Assembly (NCBI GenBank): GCA_964057225.1
Contig: OZ059898.1
Coordinates: forward strand, 8,122,001-8,186,000
Length of the DNA: 64,000 bases
DNA from: Auanema rhodensis
Taxonomy: Eukaryota; Animalia; Nematoda
Direction of reading: 5' to 3'
The notes beneath the pieces are model-generated. The model was not told the DNA's origin. It was given only the letters and a program-made list of their open reading frames with translations, and did not search any database. Shown here in pieces: positions 12,651-25,834 of the stretch; the stretch's first letter is position 1; each line of letters begins with the position of its first letter. The translations under genes were made by a program, and so were the position numbers.

Positions 12651-13540
12651 TCCTGCCTGAATTTCTTTGCTCTTTGCTGAAAACAGGACAACGTGATCTC
12701 TAACCTTATGATTTAACTCCAAACTTAATTTAAAGCTTAAGTTTGTTCTTTTTTCCTTTTTTCAACATTGCTTTCCTGTTTTCACCTCAATCAAATAATT
12801 TGCAAAGATTTTTCAGATTTTTCCATCAGAAATCTAATATATTACGCTTAAACAACATGAATGGAGTCAAACTATATTACCTACAGTTTGTTTTTTAAAA
12901 TTTATGAACAAAAGATTATTAAACTCATGCTTAATTAAAAATTTTGTGGATGATTTCAATAAATGAAGATAGATTTTGGAATAAAAAGGAAGAAAGAATG
13001 AACAGAATAGAAGAATGAGTTGATTATGAAATGAAAAGCATTAAGTAACTTGTAAACATGCTATGTGTATTTTAAATACTATGTAATATAACCCTTTATC
13101 CTGAATTTCTCTCTTCTCTTTCTTTTTCTCTCTCTTTCTCCTTTATATTTTTTCTTTAATTTCCCTTTTTTCTCTTTAATTATCAAAGACGAGGTGAATG
13201 GTGAGGGAGGATGGTTGATCATAGAACGAGAAACAGTGAGGTATATGAATATTCCAACGAAGAAAAGAGAGAAGTAAATGTTTGTTAACCAAAATATTTT
13301 CTTTTTCTCATCTTTATCTATCAAATTTTAGTTTTTATTTCTTTTTAACTTCAGCTTTTCAAAAATATAAAATATTTTAAAACTTTCTAAGATTATTTAT
13401 TTTATTTTAATAAGGGTTTTTTATAGAATCATCATATTATTCAAAAAATAATTGTAATGATAAGTATATGGATAGTCATTATTCAATTATTTTTATATAA
13501 TATTTATAATTATTTTAAAGTTTAGTTTAAGTTGAACTTA

Positions 13541-13576
<36 letters not shown>

Positions 13577-14608
13577 TATTATTATCTTTTCCTACTTAAT
13601 ACAAATTTTTAATTTTTGATCATTAAATGCTTGTTCTCATTTTCTATTATTGAGGATTAATTTGATCTTTCTTTTTCTAATTATTTTTCATTATAGTCCT
13701 ATAATTATTTAAATATATAATATTATATAAAATATATAAATTTTTATAATTTTTAAAGTAAATATTTCAATTTCTTTATTAATAGTATGGATAGATAGAT
13801 TAAAACTTAAAAAGATGGTGGCTCATCTATCACAGCTCCGGGTACTAATAAGAAGCTATGAAAAGCCCTGAGGCATGGTATAATCTCATATAAAAAATTT
13901 CATTAAAGTGAACATTTATTCTGTGAAAGTCAATAATGAACAGACGGTGAATGAGAAAAAAGGAAAAAAAGAGAGAAGAAAAGATAAAAAACCTGAATAA
14001 ACAACAAAAATTTCTTTTTTTTTCATTAGATATATATTTATGATAAACTATCTTGGGATATCGACTTGTTTGCTTCTTGTTGTTATTCAATTTCTGAATT
14101 CAGAGAGAGAAAGAGGGAAGAAAAGTTAAAAGATCTATGCAAAGATATATGAAGTGAGCAGAATGTTATATTCAAGGATTATTATTATTTTTCTTTTTGG
14201 AAAATAAAAATTATTTGTCAAATATATTAACTCAAAACTAACAATTTTTTAATTTATATAATATATATATATAAATGTTTTTTTAAATTTTACTCAAAAT
14301 TAATTTAAATTCTTTATAATAAGAATGCTAAAGAATTATTAATTCTAATGTGCTGTTTGATGTTGTTGAATGACAAGAACATTTGTCATTTTTGATTTTT
14401 TTTAAATTTGCTATAACCAACTTAAGAAATATTAAAATGATGAAAAGGATAACATAAACTTCCGTCAATCAGTGTATTTGAAAAAATATAAAATGAGACA
14501 AAGGAATGAATGGCAGTTATCATCTTATATTTCATATATCAACTTGTATAAAATGATTTTCTTCTTCTTTATTTGAAAACAACAAGAGAAAGAGAGAAGG
14601 AAAGATCG

Positions 14609-14666
14609 AGAAAGAGAGAGAGAGAGAGAGAGAAAAAGAGAGAGAGAGAGGGAGAGAGAGAGAGAG
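14609..14666. repeat. (GA)n microsatellite
   Basis: Imperfect GA dinucleotide tract. Confidence 0.9.
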
Positions 14667-17600
14667 TATGTGTGTTAATTAGCATATACTATAGGTATTA
14701 TATACGTGAAAAATCGACGAGTTAGTTACTTCCATCAAGTAAAATACCATGTTTTTACATTTGATCAGCCATAAAAAAAATTTTAAACTCAACCGTATTT
14801 GCAACAGATGTATAAATATAAAAAGTATTGTTTTCAAGTATTCATCATAAAAAAATATTTTTTTTCTAAAGGTTATTTTGTCTTATATCAAATCATCTTT
14901 TTTAACACATTTTTCAGCAAATTATGATTTCATATTTCCTTTTTTTTGACAAAAAATTTGCTTCTTTCAACATAAATCACAAATAAATGAAGAAGGGTCA
15001 CAACAGCTTTTTATTTTTTTTCATTAAGCATGACAAATGAGAAGCAAAGTTTGAATGTGAAGTACTTGGATGATATATGTACTTCCGATATTTTTTATTA
15101 TTTATTACCTTTTTAGGGATTTATTATTTTCTCAGAAATGTTCAAGATTAAGTTTCTCTCTTCCCTCTTCTTCACATTCTTCTTGTTATTTCCATTCTTC
15201 TGTTTCGCTTCTATCTCCATATTACAATCTTCTAACTCTTTCAATCTGGATGTAAACTTCAAATATCAAAATATTCTAAACAGTAATACTTTCTTCAAAA
15301 AGGTTTTTTTTTATAAAAAAATCTCTTTTGTACATACATACATGTATGTATGATGTATATCATTCATTCGTGATCCTTGTAAATTTCTAATTCAAAACGA
15401 AAGTTTTGTTTCTTCTCTTTTCCATTTTATTCAATTTTTTTAAAATTTGTACTCTCCTTACTATAATTATATTATTAATAATTATACTTTCTTAATTACT
15501 ATCCATGTCTTACTAAAAAAATAAAAAATAACAGCACTAGCAGCAAGTTTTGAAAAAACTATAAAAGCTGTTTGAAATCCTATCCGGTTTATTTTTTAAA
15601 AGAAACCAAAAATTTTAATTTCTTTCTTGTTGTTCCTCACTTGAGATTCTTTTTCGATTTTTTTCAAACTAGATGTTCCGCTTTGTTCATCATTTTTTCC
15701 AAGATATACAAACTTTAATTTACATGTGATTTATATGATTAAAACTGAATTAATTAACAAAAAAAAAGAAAAGAAAACTATTATTTACTATTTAGATGAT
15801 GTTAATTATAAAATAAATATAATTATATATACGTTTAGATATACATATATGTGAATATATTATTCTAAAGTTCTTTTTAATTATTTCAATTAATATATAA
15901 TTAGATTTCTTTTATAAATTGGTTATAAAATATTTCTGTTTTATATTTATTTTAACAAACAACTTATATGATTTTCAATATATTGATCATCTAATTCATT
16001 TATTGAGCTCTTTTTCCCTCTATATTTTGAAATTACCAATTTGAATTAATTTCCGAATCTTGTTTTTCTTTTTTTTTTACCTGCATAATTGTGCATTTAG
16101 TTTTTTTTCATAATATTTAGTGAATAAACTAGGAACATACAAAAAAAAAGGAATTTTATATTTTATATTATTTACTATATGTAAATTTAGTATAATTTAT
16201 AAAATATTTAAAACTAAATTTAATTTTTAATTCTTATTTTCATTAATTACATTTTTTTAAATATTTTACATATTGAAAATGATATTGATGTTAATATGAT
16301 GAACATGACTTCTATAGCTATTTGACACATATCTATGCAATTATAATAATTTCTTTTATAAAAATAACTAATTATTTGACTAAAATGTATATCATACTAA
16401 CTATATATACATCAATAAAAAATTTGTTATTATAACATAAATATATACATGTACATACATATACATGTATACTAATATATATACTATATGTACATGTAAA
16501 TTACAATATTATGTATTTAAACTATATATATATATATATATATATATACAAACAATAGTAAAATATAATTATGTTGAACTTTTTTCTTCAAAACGAACTT
16601 AATATAACCTTTCTTTTTCGTTTACTACTTCCTCATTTTTATTTCTTTTTATTCATTTTAAGAGCTTTATTTTGATTCTGACCATAGTCAATGTGACTGA
16701 ATTTACGTCATTATCAGACAACATCTGAACACATTTTGTTGTAATTGTCTCAATTACAACATATTCTGTTGTCGATGCTTCGAGTTTTTTTCTCCTTTGC
16801 TTCCAATGGCTATCATGTGCTATTTCAAAGAGATTGAACTGAAAATTACAGGAAGGTATACATATGATGTGATTAAGCCGGAGAATGACCAGAAAGAACA
16901 CAGACATAGGAAAATCCGCACATTATCTCATGTTTGTATTTAAATTTCTACAAGCTCATAGACTGATATATTCAATTTGAGCTATCAGTTTGAATGAAAT
17001 GAGATGTATAAATGCCATTGAAACATGATGTGTATACACATCAAAGGAAGCATTATGTAAATCGTTTAAGAGTTCTTTTTTTTAATTTTTTTCGTTCTCA
17101 ATAAATTACATCTTCATTTACTATGTGATGCGGTTTTTTTGCTTCATTCTCTCACGAGGGCTATACATGACAAGGAACAGAAGAACAAATGTAAATGCAG
17201 TTGTTTCTTTGTTGATCTCTTAGAAAAGGATGTAGCAAATGTATTTTTCACACTAAGTTAAACTTACTTCAACTTATTCTGATGTTAGCCGCTTCACACA
17301 TGTCTGTTGTTCGGTTAAGCATCGATGATGAGTACTATAATATTCAACTCATTAAGTTTTCAATGTATAGACATATGCATATAGTCGATTTTATAATTTA
17401 AAAAATATTTTTTATAATCTCTGCAATAGATTAAGTCTATACTTATATTTCTGCATATGTTTTGTAAGTCTGAAATTTTGAACTTTTTTGTAACAATTGT
17501 TGGCTTAGATGCACCTTTCCAACAACATTTATCATTGATCTTTGAAACATTTTTAATGTTTCTGAGATATTTCATGGAAATATGTTGGATATTTTACTTT

Positions 17601-19072
17601 TAATGCTAAATTCATTCATACCTTTTATGATATATCATAAGCATGTCATGTCATCTTTAACAACATCATCTTCTTCTTCTTCTTCTTTATGGTCGTTGTC
17701 TTCTTTCAATTCAATTTCACGTGAAGAATTGCGTGATGTTATTTTGTTTCTTTTCATTGAATGGTTGCTTGTCTCTAACTAAGAACGATTGTACTTGTGC
17801 TTTTCCTTTCGTCTTTATGTTGACCTAATGTTTAACTCCGTAACTTTTGAACGTAGTTTCTATAGTTCTATCTATAAATATAGGAAATAGATATACATAT
17901 GTATATAAAATATAAAATATGCATGCATACGTAAGCGAATATATAAAATTATTACAGTATTATGGTTATATATATATATATCAATTATTTTATTTTATTC
18001 ATTTCTTGTAAAATTAATTTTTTGAAAAAACAAATATGAATACTATAATAAGCTTTTCTCACTTCTTAATAGAAACAGTTTTGTGTGTCTTTCTTCATCA
18101 TCTTCTTCATCTTCCCCCCCCCCTCCTCCTCCTCTTCTTCTTCTTCTCCACCTCTGTAATTTTATTCCGTTAACTAGGAAAAGCAAATTTGACGTTTGAG
18201 ATGAAAAAAAAAAGAAAAAAAAATCTTCATTTGGGTGTTCCATGCCTAAAAGTTATGCAGATGTAAATTAAATTAGCTTTGCTTTGCAACTCTCATGTCA
18301 ACATATTCAAAGAGTTATTCTCAAACGTATAAAATGATCTTACTTTTTAAAATTTTAATTATTTTCATTAAAAAGATTCTAATATATGTATGTTGTATAA
18401 TATAAATATCTATTGTATATACATACATATACATATATTTTGCATTCATACTTTTCTTTTCTTTTAATCCATATTTATACTCTGTTTGAATATGATCAGA
18501 TGGTTTTTGATGTAAAGTTTCTCGATCATCTAAACAACATCAATAGGATGTTCTTCCTCATTTTCTTTTCTTTCTTCAGATTTAATTCTTTATATCTTAT
18601 TTCCATTGAACTTTGGAAAGTAGCTATATAACGGAGAATCCTTTTATTCAATACATTCTTGTATTGTTTCAAGCTTAAAGATTATGATTCTTTCTTTATA
18701 TAATTCTTTCTTATCAATGTAAACAAACAATATTTAATAATTAAGAAAATGGTATAAGTTATATATAGGTATATCTCTCTCTCTCTATCTTTCTCTCTCT
18801 CTATCTCTTTTTCCCACTCTCTATCTTTCTCTCTCTCCCTCTCTCTCTCAATCTTTCTCCCCCTCTCTATCTATCTTTCCTTATGTATACATATGTATGT
18901 ATATAAATGGATATGACTTATTCTTTAAAATATAACTCAAGATATTTCTATACTTTGAAAATTAAATTATTTGAATGCCAAAAAGAGGTTTATATAAACA
19001 TATAGTACATATAGTATTTATCATTATATATATATTTCTATATAAAGATAACTATCGAATAAGATAAAGTTG

Positions 19073-19105
<33 letters not shown>

Positions 19106-20119
19106 GTATTCAAATCAGTAGATAACATAATAAAGAAATAAAGATGTTTGCTATTTTCCTTCCTCATCATCATCATTGTCTTTTCTTTTCTCTCCTCCTA
19201 CTCATATCTATGTTTTCTTTTATCTTTTCATTTTTTTCTCTACTTATCTCTCTATATTTGAATATATTACTATCTTCTCTCTCTCTCTTATATAATCTGT
19301 TTTTTTCCTCATTTTTCTTTCATTTTAACTGTCTTATACAACATTTTCTGCAGATCTTCTTTACTTTGGTTTCTGTCATCTGTTTACTATCAACTTCATG
19401 GAACATATTTTAGCATAATTAACTATAATTATAAGTATTGTTAGTGATGAAAACATCAACTTCTTATATGTATATGTTGATTAATGAAAACTGATCTACA
19501 ACAAATACTATAAAGTTTGATCATCTTTTCACAACAGTATTTAACATAACTTCCTGGATTCTTGTAGTTTTCTTTCTATAAATCTTATTATATAAAAGAA
19601 AAATAATTATATTTTGTTTCAAAATTAAATAATTATAATTTACTATAAATAAGAAGTATTCATACATGTTAATATGATTTACATCTTAATTCTTATATGA
19701 TTTGTAATTTTTTTGTGTTGTTGAAGCATTCTTCTTCAACAATTAGTTTCTAAAAAATATCTAAAACTACACAATTTATACGAATTTCACTTTAAAAAAT
19801 AACAAATGTAATAGATATCATTAAATTATTTTTTTATTTTATTATTTTTTACTATCAATAATATATACTTTATGCTAATATTATTTATGATGTATTTATA
19901 GAAAAGGGATGTTGTCATCTTCTTAATAAAATTTTTTGTGTTCTTCCACATCTTTGTATGTTAGCTTTTACTCTTCTTCAATCTCTACTCTTTCATTTAA
20001 AAATTTTTTTTGTCATTTCCTTTCTTCTATTTCCGTCTCTTTTTCATTTTAATTTGTGTCATTATCATGAGCTACTTCTTACTATTTAACTTCCTACTAC
20101 TGGTTCTCACGATAGCTTC

Positions 20120-20200
20120 AAGTTCACGCCGTCATTGCGACCAACCCGAAATTCCGACTTCCGACTTCGATCTAAAATATACGTTGTGATGTGGCAGTGC
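20120..20200 (+). mobile_element. Possible decayed RTE-clade LINE fragment
   Basis: gtcattgcgac...attccg...cga ctt cga tct aaa ata tac gtt gtg reads V..CD..IP..RLRSKIYVV, resembling the recalled nematode RTE motif GVLCDKKIP.RLKSKIYR.VV. Frameshifted, and inside a GC-elevated island. Confidence 0.35.
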
Positions 20201-21831
20201 TCAGTCTTTTTACCAAACCGCCTGACTCTATTCCGAAACTAAATTAAGCTTTTCTCGAGAAGCATATCATGACAAACGATGTAGCTTCTGATTATTTCAA
20301 ACAGAAAAACGTTACTAAACTTGGTCAGCAATTCGAATGTATTCTTTTCCATCTGACTAATATCTCGTATGCTTCAACACTTCATCCGGTCCCTTAACTT
20401 TGAAATACCATAAGATCTTGATTCTCTTACGATAACTTCGTTTCTTTCTCCGTTTCTCTCTCAGTTTTCAACATTTTCTCGTTGAACGTCACCATGTCTC
20501 AAGTTTTATCTTTCCCCTTACTCTCCTAAAGTCCGTTCAAGTTTTAATATGTAATTTTTTCATTTTTCAGTTTGTAGACCACTTGATCGTGCGAACTTAT
20601 AAGTATCTCTCTCTCTCTATTTCTCTTTCTATATATATATATCTTTTTCTTCATTCTTGATCATGTGAAACTATTTAGTCATATATTATTCTGTTTTTTT
20701 GTCATTTTGAACTTTTTCCTTCAAAGCATCAATACATACGTGTATCTATGTGATTATTTAATTATTCAATGTGTTTATGACCTTTAACTGATGTCATCAT
20801 ATCCAACTTCTAATTTTCACTTTTTGATTTTATTTTTGAACTTTGAAATCTTATTTCTTCATATCATTACTATTATTATTATTATTTTGGTGTCTTCATC
20901 TATAATGTCCTCGAATTTTGAATGATTATGCACTGAAGTTATGGCATGCTATCTCATAAGGTTATACATAAACATTTTCTTTTCAGCTTAGTTCATTATC
21001 GTTTTCACATGTCGTTCGTCTTCACAACATCATTTGATAAGATGTCGAATTTGCATGGTCATTCTTTAACTAAATTTCATTCAAAGGTTGTCTGATATTT
21101 TGAACTCGATGAAAAGAAAAAGTATTTCAGAGCAAGGCTTCTATAGAATTTTTCTGATCTTATTAGTTTCTATCTCACAACGCCTTTTCTGCAGAGCCAC
21201 AACCAATTCTATTTATCTCTTTATCTATCTTTTCTCTTTTCACTCTCTTCATTCCATTTTTCATTTTATTTTCTACAATTCATTCTCTTTATCTTCCTTC
21301 ATATATCTTTCCGTTTCCTTAGTACTTCACTGCCCTTTACTTTCTTTTCTTATTCTTCTTCAGATTTGTAAATTATTTTATTTTATTTTTTATACTTCAC
21401 TTTTACTTACAAAACAACTACAAATCTAGTCGTACTTAATTTTCTTTTTTAAACATTCTCATTACTATTCAATCTAGGGTAGTTCAATGTTTTGTTTATT
21501 GCAAGTAAAGTTCCTCGTTCATTCTTTTAACTATAAATTCAACTAAAACTAACCGTAGACACAAAAAAAACGCACAGAAAAGTCTTGATATTCTCTTCTT
21601 ACTTAACTACAAAAAAAAAGAAATTTTCTTCTTCTATTTTTAAAAGTCAAACGAAGTTCGTTTATAATGTGAAATTTGCTGTCAATCATGTCTACCACGT
21701 TGAAACTTAATTCTTGATATGTATACTAGTTATCTCCTTCTAGCTTCATCTAATATCATTTTTGTCTTCGTTTTTATCTTCATTCTTGTAAAGTTTGGCA
21801 TTTAATGTCTTAAAAAAGTTTAATTATAGAT

Positions 21832-23074
21832 ATGGATGATGAAACGTCCATATATTTGGATTGGACACATCAACGAGGTGTACCCTTTCAGGTAAGTACA
21901 ATACCTAAGTTTCATCTTTGCTTTTTAATGTTTAATACATTAAAATAGAAATATATATGTATATATCCTTTATCTAAATATATAATATATAATTAATTTA
22001 TATTATATCATATAACTATTTAATTATTTTAAAAATATTCAAAATATGTGTTTAATAAACATACACATACATTCATATATTTTTCCTTTTTTTTTATTCT
22101 AAAATGTCTGTTAGTTGTGTCGTCTGCCAGGTTGAATAATCGTCCCTTCATAGCCAACAGATTTCATTTCATTGTCGAAAAAGTTTTTACGTTTTTTTTC
22201 TTTTTGCTTTAACGTTGGCAAAAAAAGGTTTTGAAACTTTGTTGTTATTTGGTATTCTAAATTCTTTACTCCAGTTCATATGGGTGAAGAAAATGCATAT
22301 TTCTCGTCTTCTTCTCAAGGTTTTGATCTCAATATACACCATATATGTTTTCTTCATTTGCTTTTTTTTTCATTTGCTATTCGCTTTCCTATTTAGCATT
22401 GCACATAAAGCAGATTGTCATCTGGTCTCGAAAACGATGACTTTTAGGTATTCTGATGGAAACATCAAATTAATCTGCCCCCTCTTTTTCATTTTTGTTT
22501 CCATCCCTTTCTCTTTTACTCCATTTTCCCTCCTCTTTCTCTCTTTATGTCTCTCTTTATATTTTTTTCATCACTTTCGTACATCCCTATCTCTTTTAAT
22601 ATTTTCTTCATATAGCTTGAGCAATCTAAATATAGAGAAGGCAAAGAAAAAGAAATTGTATGTTTAAATATCCAGTAGACGTCAACGTCAAGTTCATGAT
22701 TCACATGATGAGCTAGAGATGTGATGAAAAAGATTTTCTCACCATATTCATGAATTATAAATTAATTTCTTTCAATAAATCTTTATATTTAGCTGACTTT
22801 TATTATAACATTTATTTCCTTCATATATTACCCTATACACTATCTATTTTACTATAGATTTTTCACTTTTTTACTTCTCTCTCTCTCTCTCCCTCTATTC
22901 TCTTTTTCCCTTTGATTATCTCTTCATATAGCTAGTTCTTTTTATTTTGCTCTCTCAATGATCATCTTTTCATAATATGTCTTCTTCTATTCTTACTCTA
23001 TTGTCCTTTCTCTCACTACCTCCGTCCCTCCATTCCTCACTCCTTCCCTCACTCCCTCCCTCCCTCTCTATATT

Positions 23075-23108
<34 letters not shown>

Positions 23109-25201
23109 TCCATCTATCAATCTATTCGTATATCTATATATGTATTAAAAAGTGAAATTGAAGAAAAAATCTGTTTTTCTGTCTTTTCTTAATTTTTTTC
23201 ACTTCTCCACAATAACATCCAATATTCCTTAGATCACCCATAGTTCAAACAGCCTTGAACCACTATATTGAAATTTTTTTTTCTGCACATTTTCATATTT
23301 TTACTAATCGAATACAATTGTTTTTAAAACAATCATGTAGAATCTTTTTTCTACGAAATTCTCAGATTCTCAGATATAGCATGGTTTTCGACTTCTGGCT
23401 TGTTGTCTCCTGGTAATCTCCACCCCTTTTCTCATATCTCGTAAGCTCTCTCTCTCTCTTTTTTTCCTCTTTCTCTTGATCTTTCTCTCTCTATCATTCC
23501 CTCTGTTTTTTCTCTGGTCTCTCTACTTATTCTATTGCTTCCTTTCTCGTTTTATGTGTATCCTGTTACTCTATTCTCTTCAAAACTCCTCCTATTTTCA
23601 AACTTCAGCCTTCTTCATATTTGACTCCACCCATCAAGCTTTACCAGAATATTTTTGTCTCAACCGATATTCATAAAATTTTTTTGGTTAAAATACTATA
23701 TCAGTATAGCTTACTGATCATATCAAAATTCTATTCATACTCAGATAACTCTTCATAAACTTTTGCATTAGCTGAAGTTTTTGCTTCTTTCACATCGTAT
23801 ATATCACTCATATTGTGAATTGTACTATACATCTTCACTTCAGTATACAGCCATAAATAACTGAAAGAAGAAGATTTATCTAAATCTGCTCTATTTCATT
23901 AATTTCAAATATTTCATCAACATCCTAATCTTTTTAAAAAAAGATTAATCAAAATGCAAACATTGGTAAGTTTTTTAAAATGTTTTTTTTACTTTTTCAT
24001 TATTTCATAAACACTTTTCCTTATTTCTTTTTTAAATAATTTCATTCATTCTTGCATATAGTTAAGGAAGAATTTTTCTTTTTTTTAAATCAAAACATTT
24101 CTTTTATTTTCTTTGGCTTTATATCTTTATTCTATTTTAAAAAAATTTAATTAAAAAAGTATAAATACAAAAGTATCTCTAGTTTTAGATGAAAAAAAAA
24201 GAGATTGAAATACATTTTTGTAAAAAGTTCATATTTTTTTTTGTTTTTTGAAACTTTTTAAAATTTTTGTTATATTCTCCAAGTTTTTGTTCACAAAATA
24301 AGTTTCTGATTGCTTCCTATTATCTGGCAAAGTAAATGCTGGATTAAACAACAGCAATAGCATAAGTGCTCTACTGCTGGTATCATTTGTATTTTTTCCT
24401 CTAAAAAATATCGTGTCAATCACATCTTTAAAAGCCACTCAAATTTCAACTATTTCTTTTTTTTTTTGGAACATACCATCCGCAATAAGTAAGAATAATG
24501 ACAAAAAAAAAAGAAAAATATATAAATGTATAAAATGCTTTGAAATCTATTGTTTTCTTGTCATTTTACACAATTTTTATATTTTAAATGTTACTTTTAC
24601 TATTTTTCACTTAATATTCTTGTTATATATATTTTTTTTCATACTAAATATTTGTACTTTGATTGTTAAAAGTAAAAAAGATGAGTATAGGTGAAAATGC
24701 AGAAAAGATTTCAAACAAAGCTTTTAAGGAAGTAGCCTGCAGAACTTGTCCTTGATTTTAGATTTTTTGAAAACAAAGACAAAATATTTATAACTACAGT
24801 AACATTTCTTGACATATAGTTAGTTATACTATGTATATACTGCTAAATATGAAAGACATACATAACAATAGTAAGTGAAGAAGGACGAAAAAATTAGGAG
24901 AAGAATAAGAGAAGAAACAGTTGTAACTAAATGAGAAAACATTGAAAAGCTCATTTCTAAAACTATGTTCTCTCTTATTATTAATAAAAAAAATTTTAAA
25001 TTTCCAAAAGTTTAAAGTTTTGAAAATGTTTTTAAAGAAGCTTAAGGTGATTACAAAAATGATATATTTACCTTTTTTTATTTTTCTTCCTTATGGATGA
25101 GTTAGAACTCAGCAGAATATAGATAAAAATATTCAAAACAAAGCTATTTTTGAAGTTTTCATTCTCTAAACTTACTTTACCAACTTAATTCACTCAGCTT
25201 A

Positions 25202-25240
<39 letters not shown>

Positions 25241-25801
25241 ATCAGAATATATAGATGATAAACAAATTATATAATATAATTTTTTTTTAGAAATTTCAAA
25301 TTTTTATTCCAAAAAAAGTTAAAACTTGAACGGTTGTTCATCATGATAAAATTTAAAATATTTCAATATAATAAATGAATATAGTTAATATACATTTAAA
25401 TATTCTAGGGCTTACGAAAATATATTGCCTTCACCTATATTGGATTTAATTTGGTCGGTTTCATCGTGAACATCTGGGTATTTTATGTTGTTGCACCACT
25501 TATCTTTGCTCCAGCAGTTAAGGTAAGAAAGTTTTAAGTTTCAGCATATTTCAGCGAAATCATAAACAAAAAAATAGAAGAAATATATATCTATATATGT
25601 TGGAAATATATTGGAAATATATCTATATAATATAGAATCCGAATTGAAATTAAATTATATTATTCAGGTGCCGAAAAGCATTTTATTTTTTATAATGGCG
25701 CTGTGTGTTGGAGATCTCATGACCATGATAGGTAAGAACAATAACATATCTTTTATATATTAATTTAATTCATTTTTCTCTCTCTCTATCTCTCTTTATA
25801 A

Positions 25802-25834
<33 letters not shown>

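Noticed and set aside
8056-24694. Many 60-150 aa F/L/S/I-rich ORFs in the ORF track (e.g. 19144, 21088, 22215)
   Set aside because: These are translations of T-rich or (CT)n low-complexity DNA, with no splice structure or homology.
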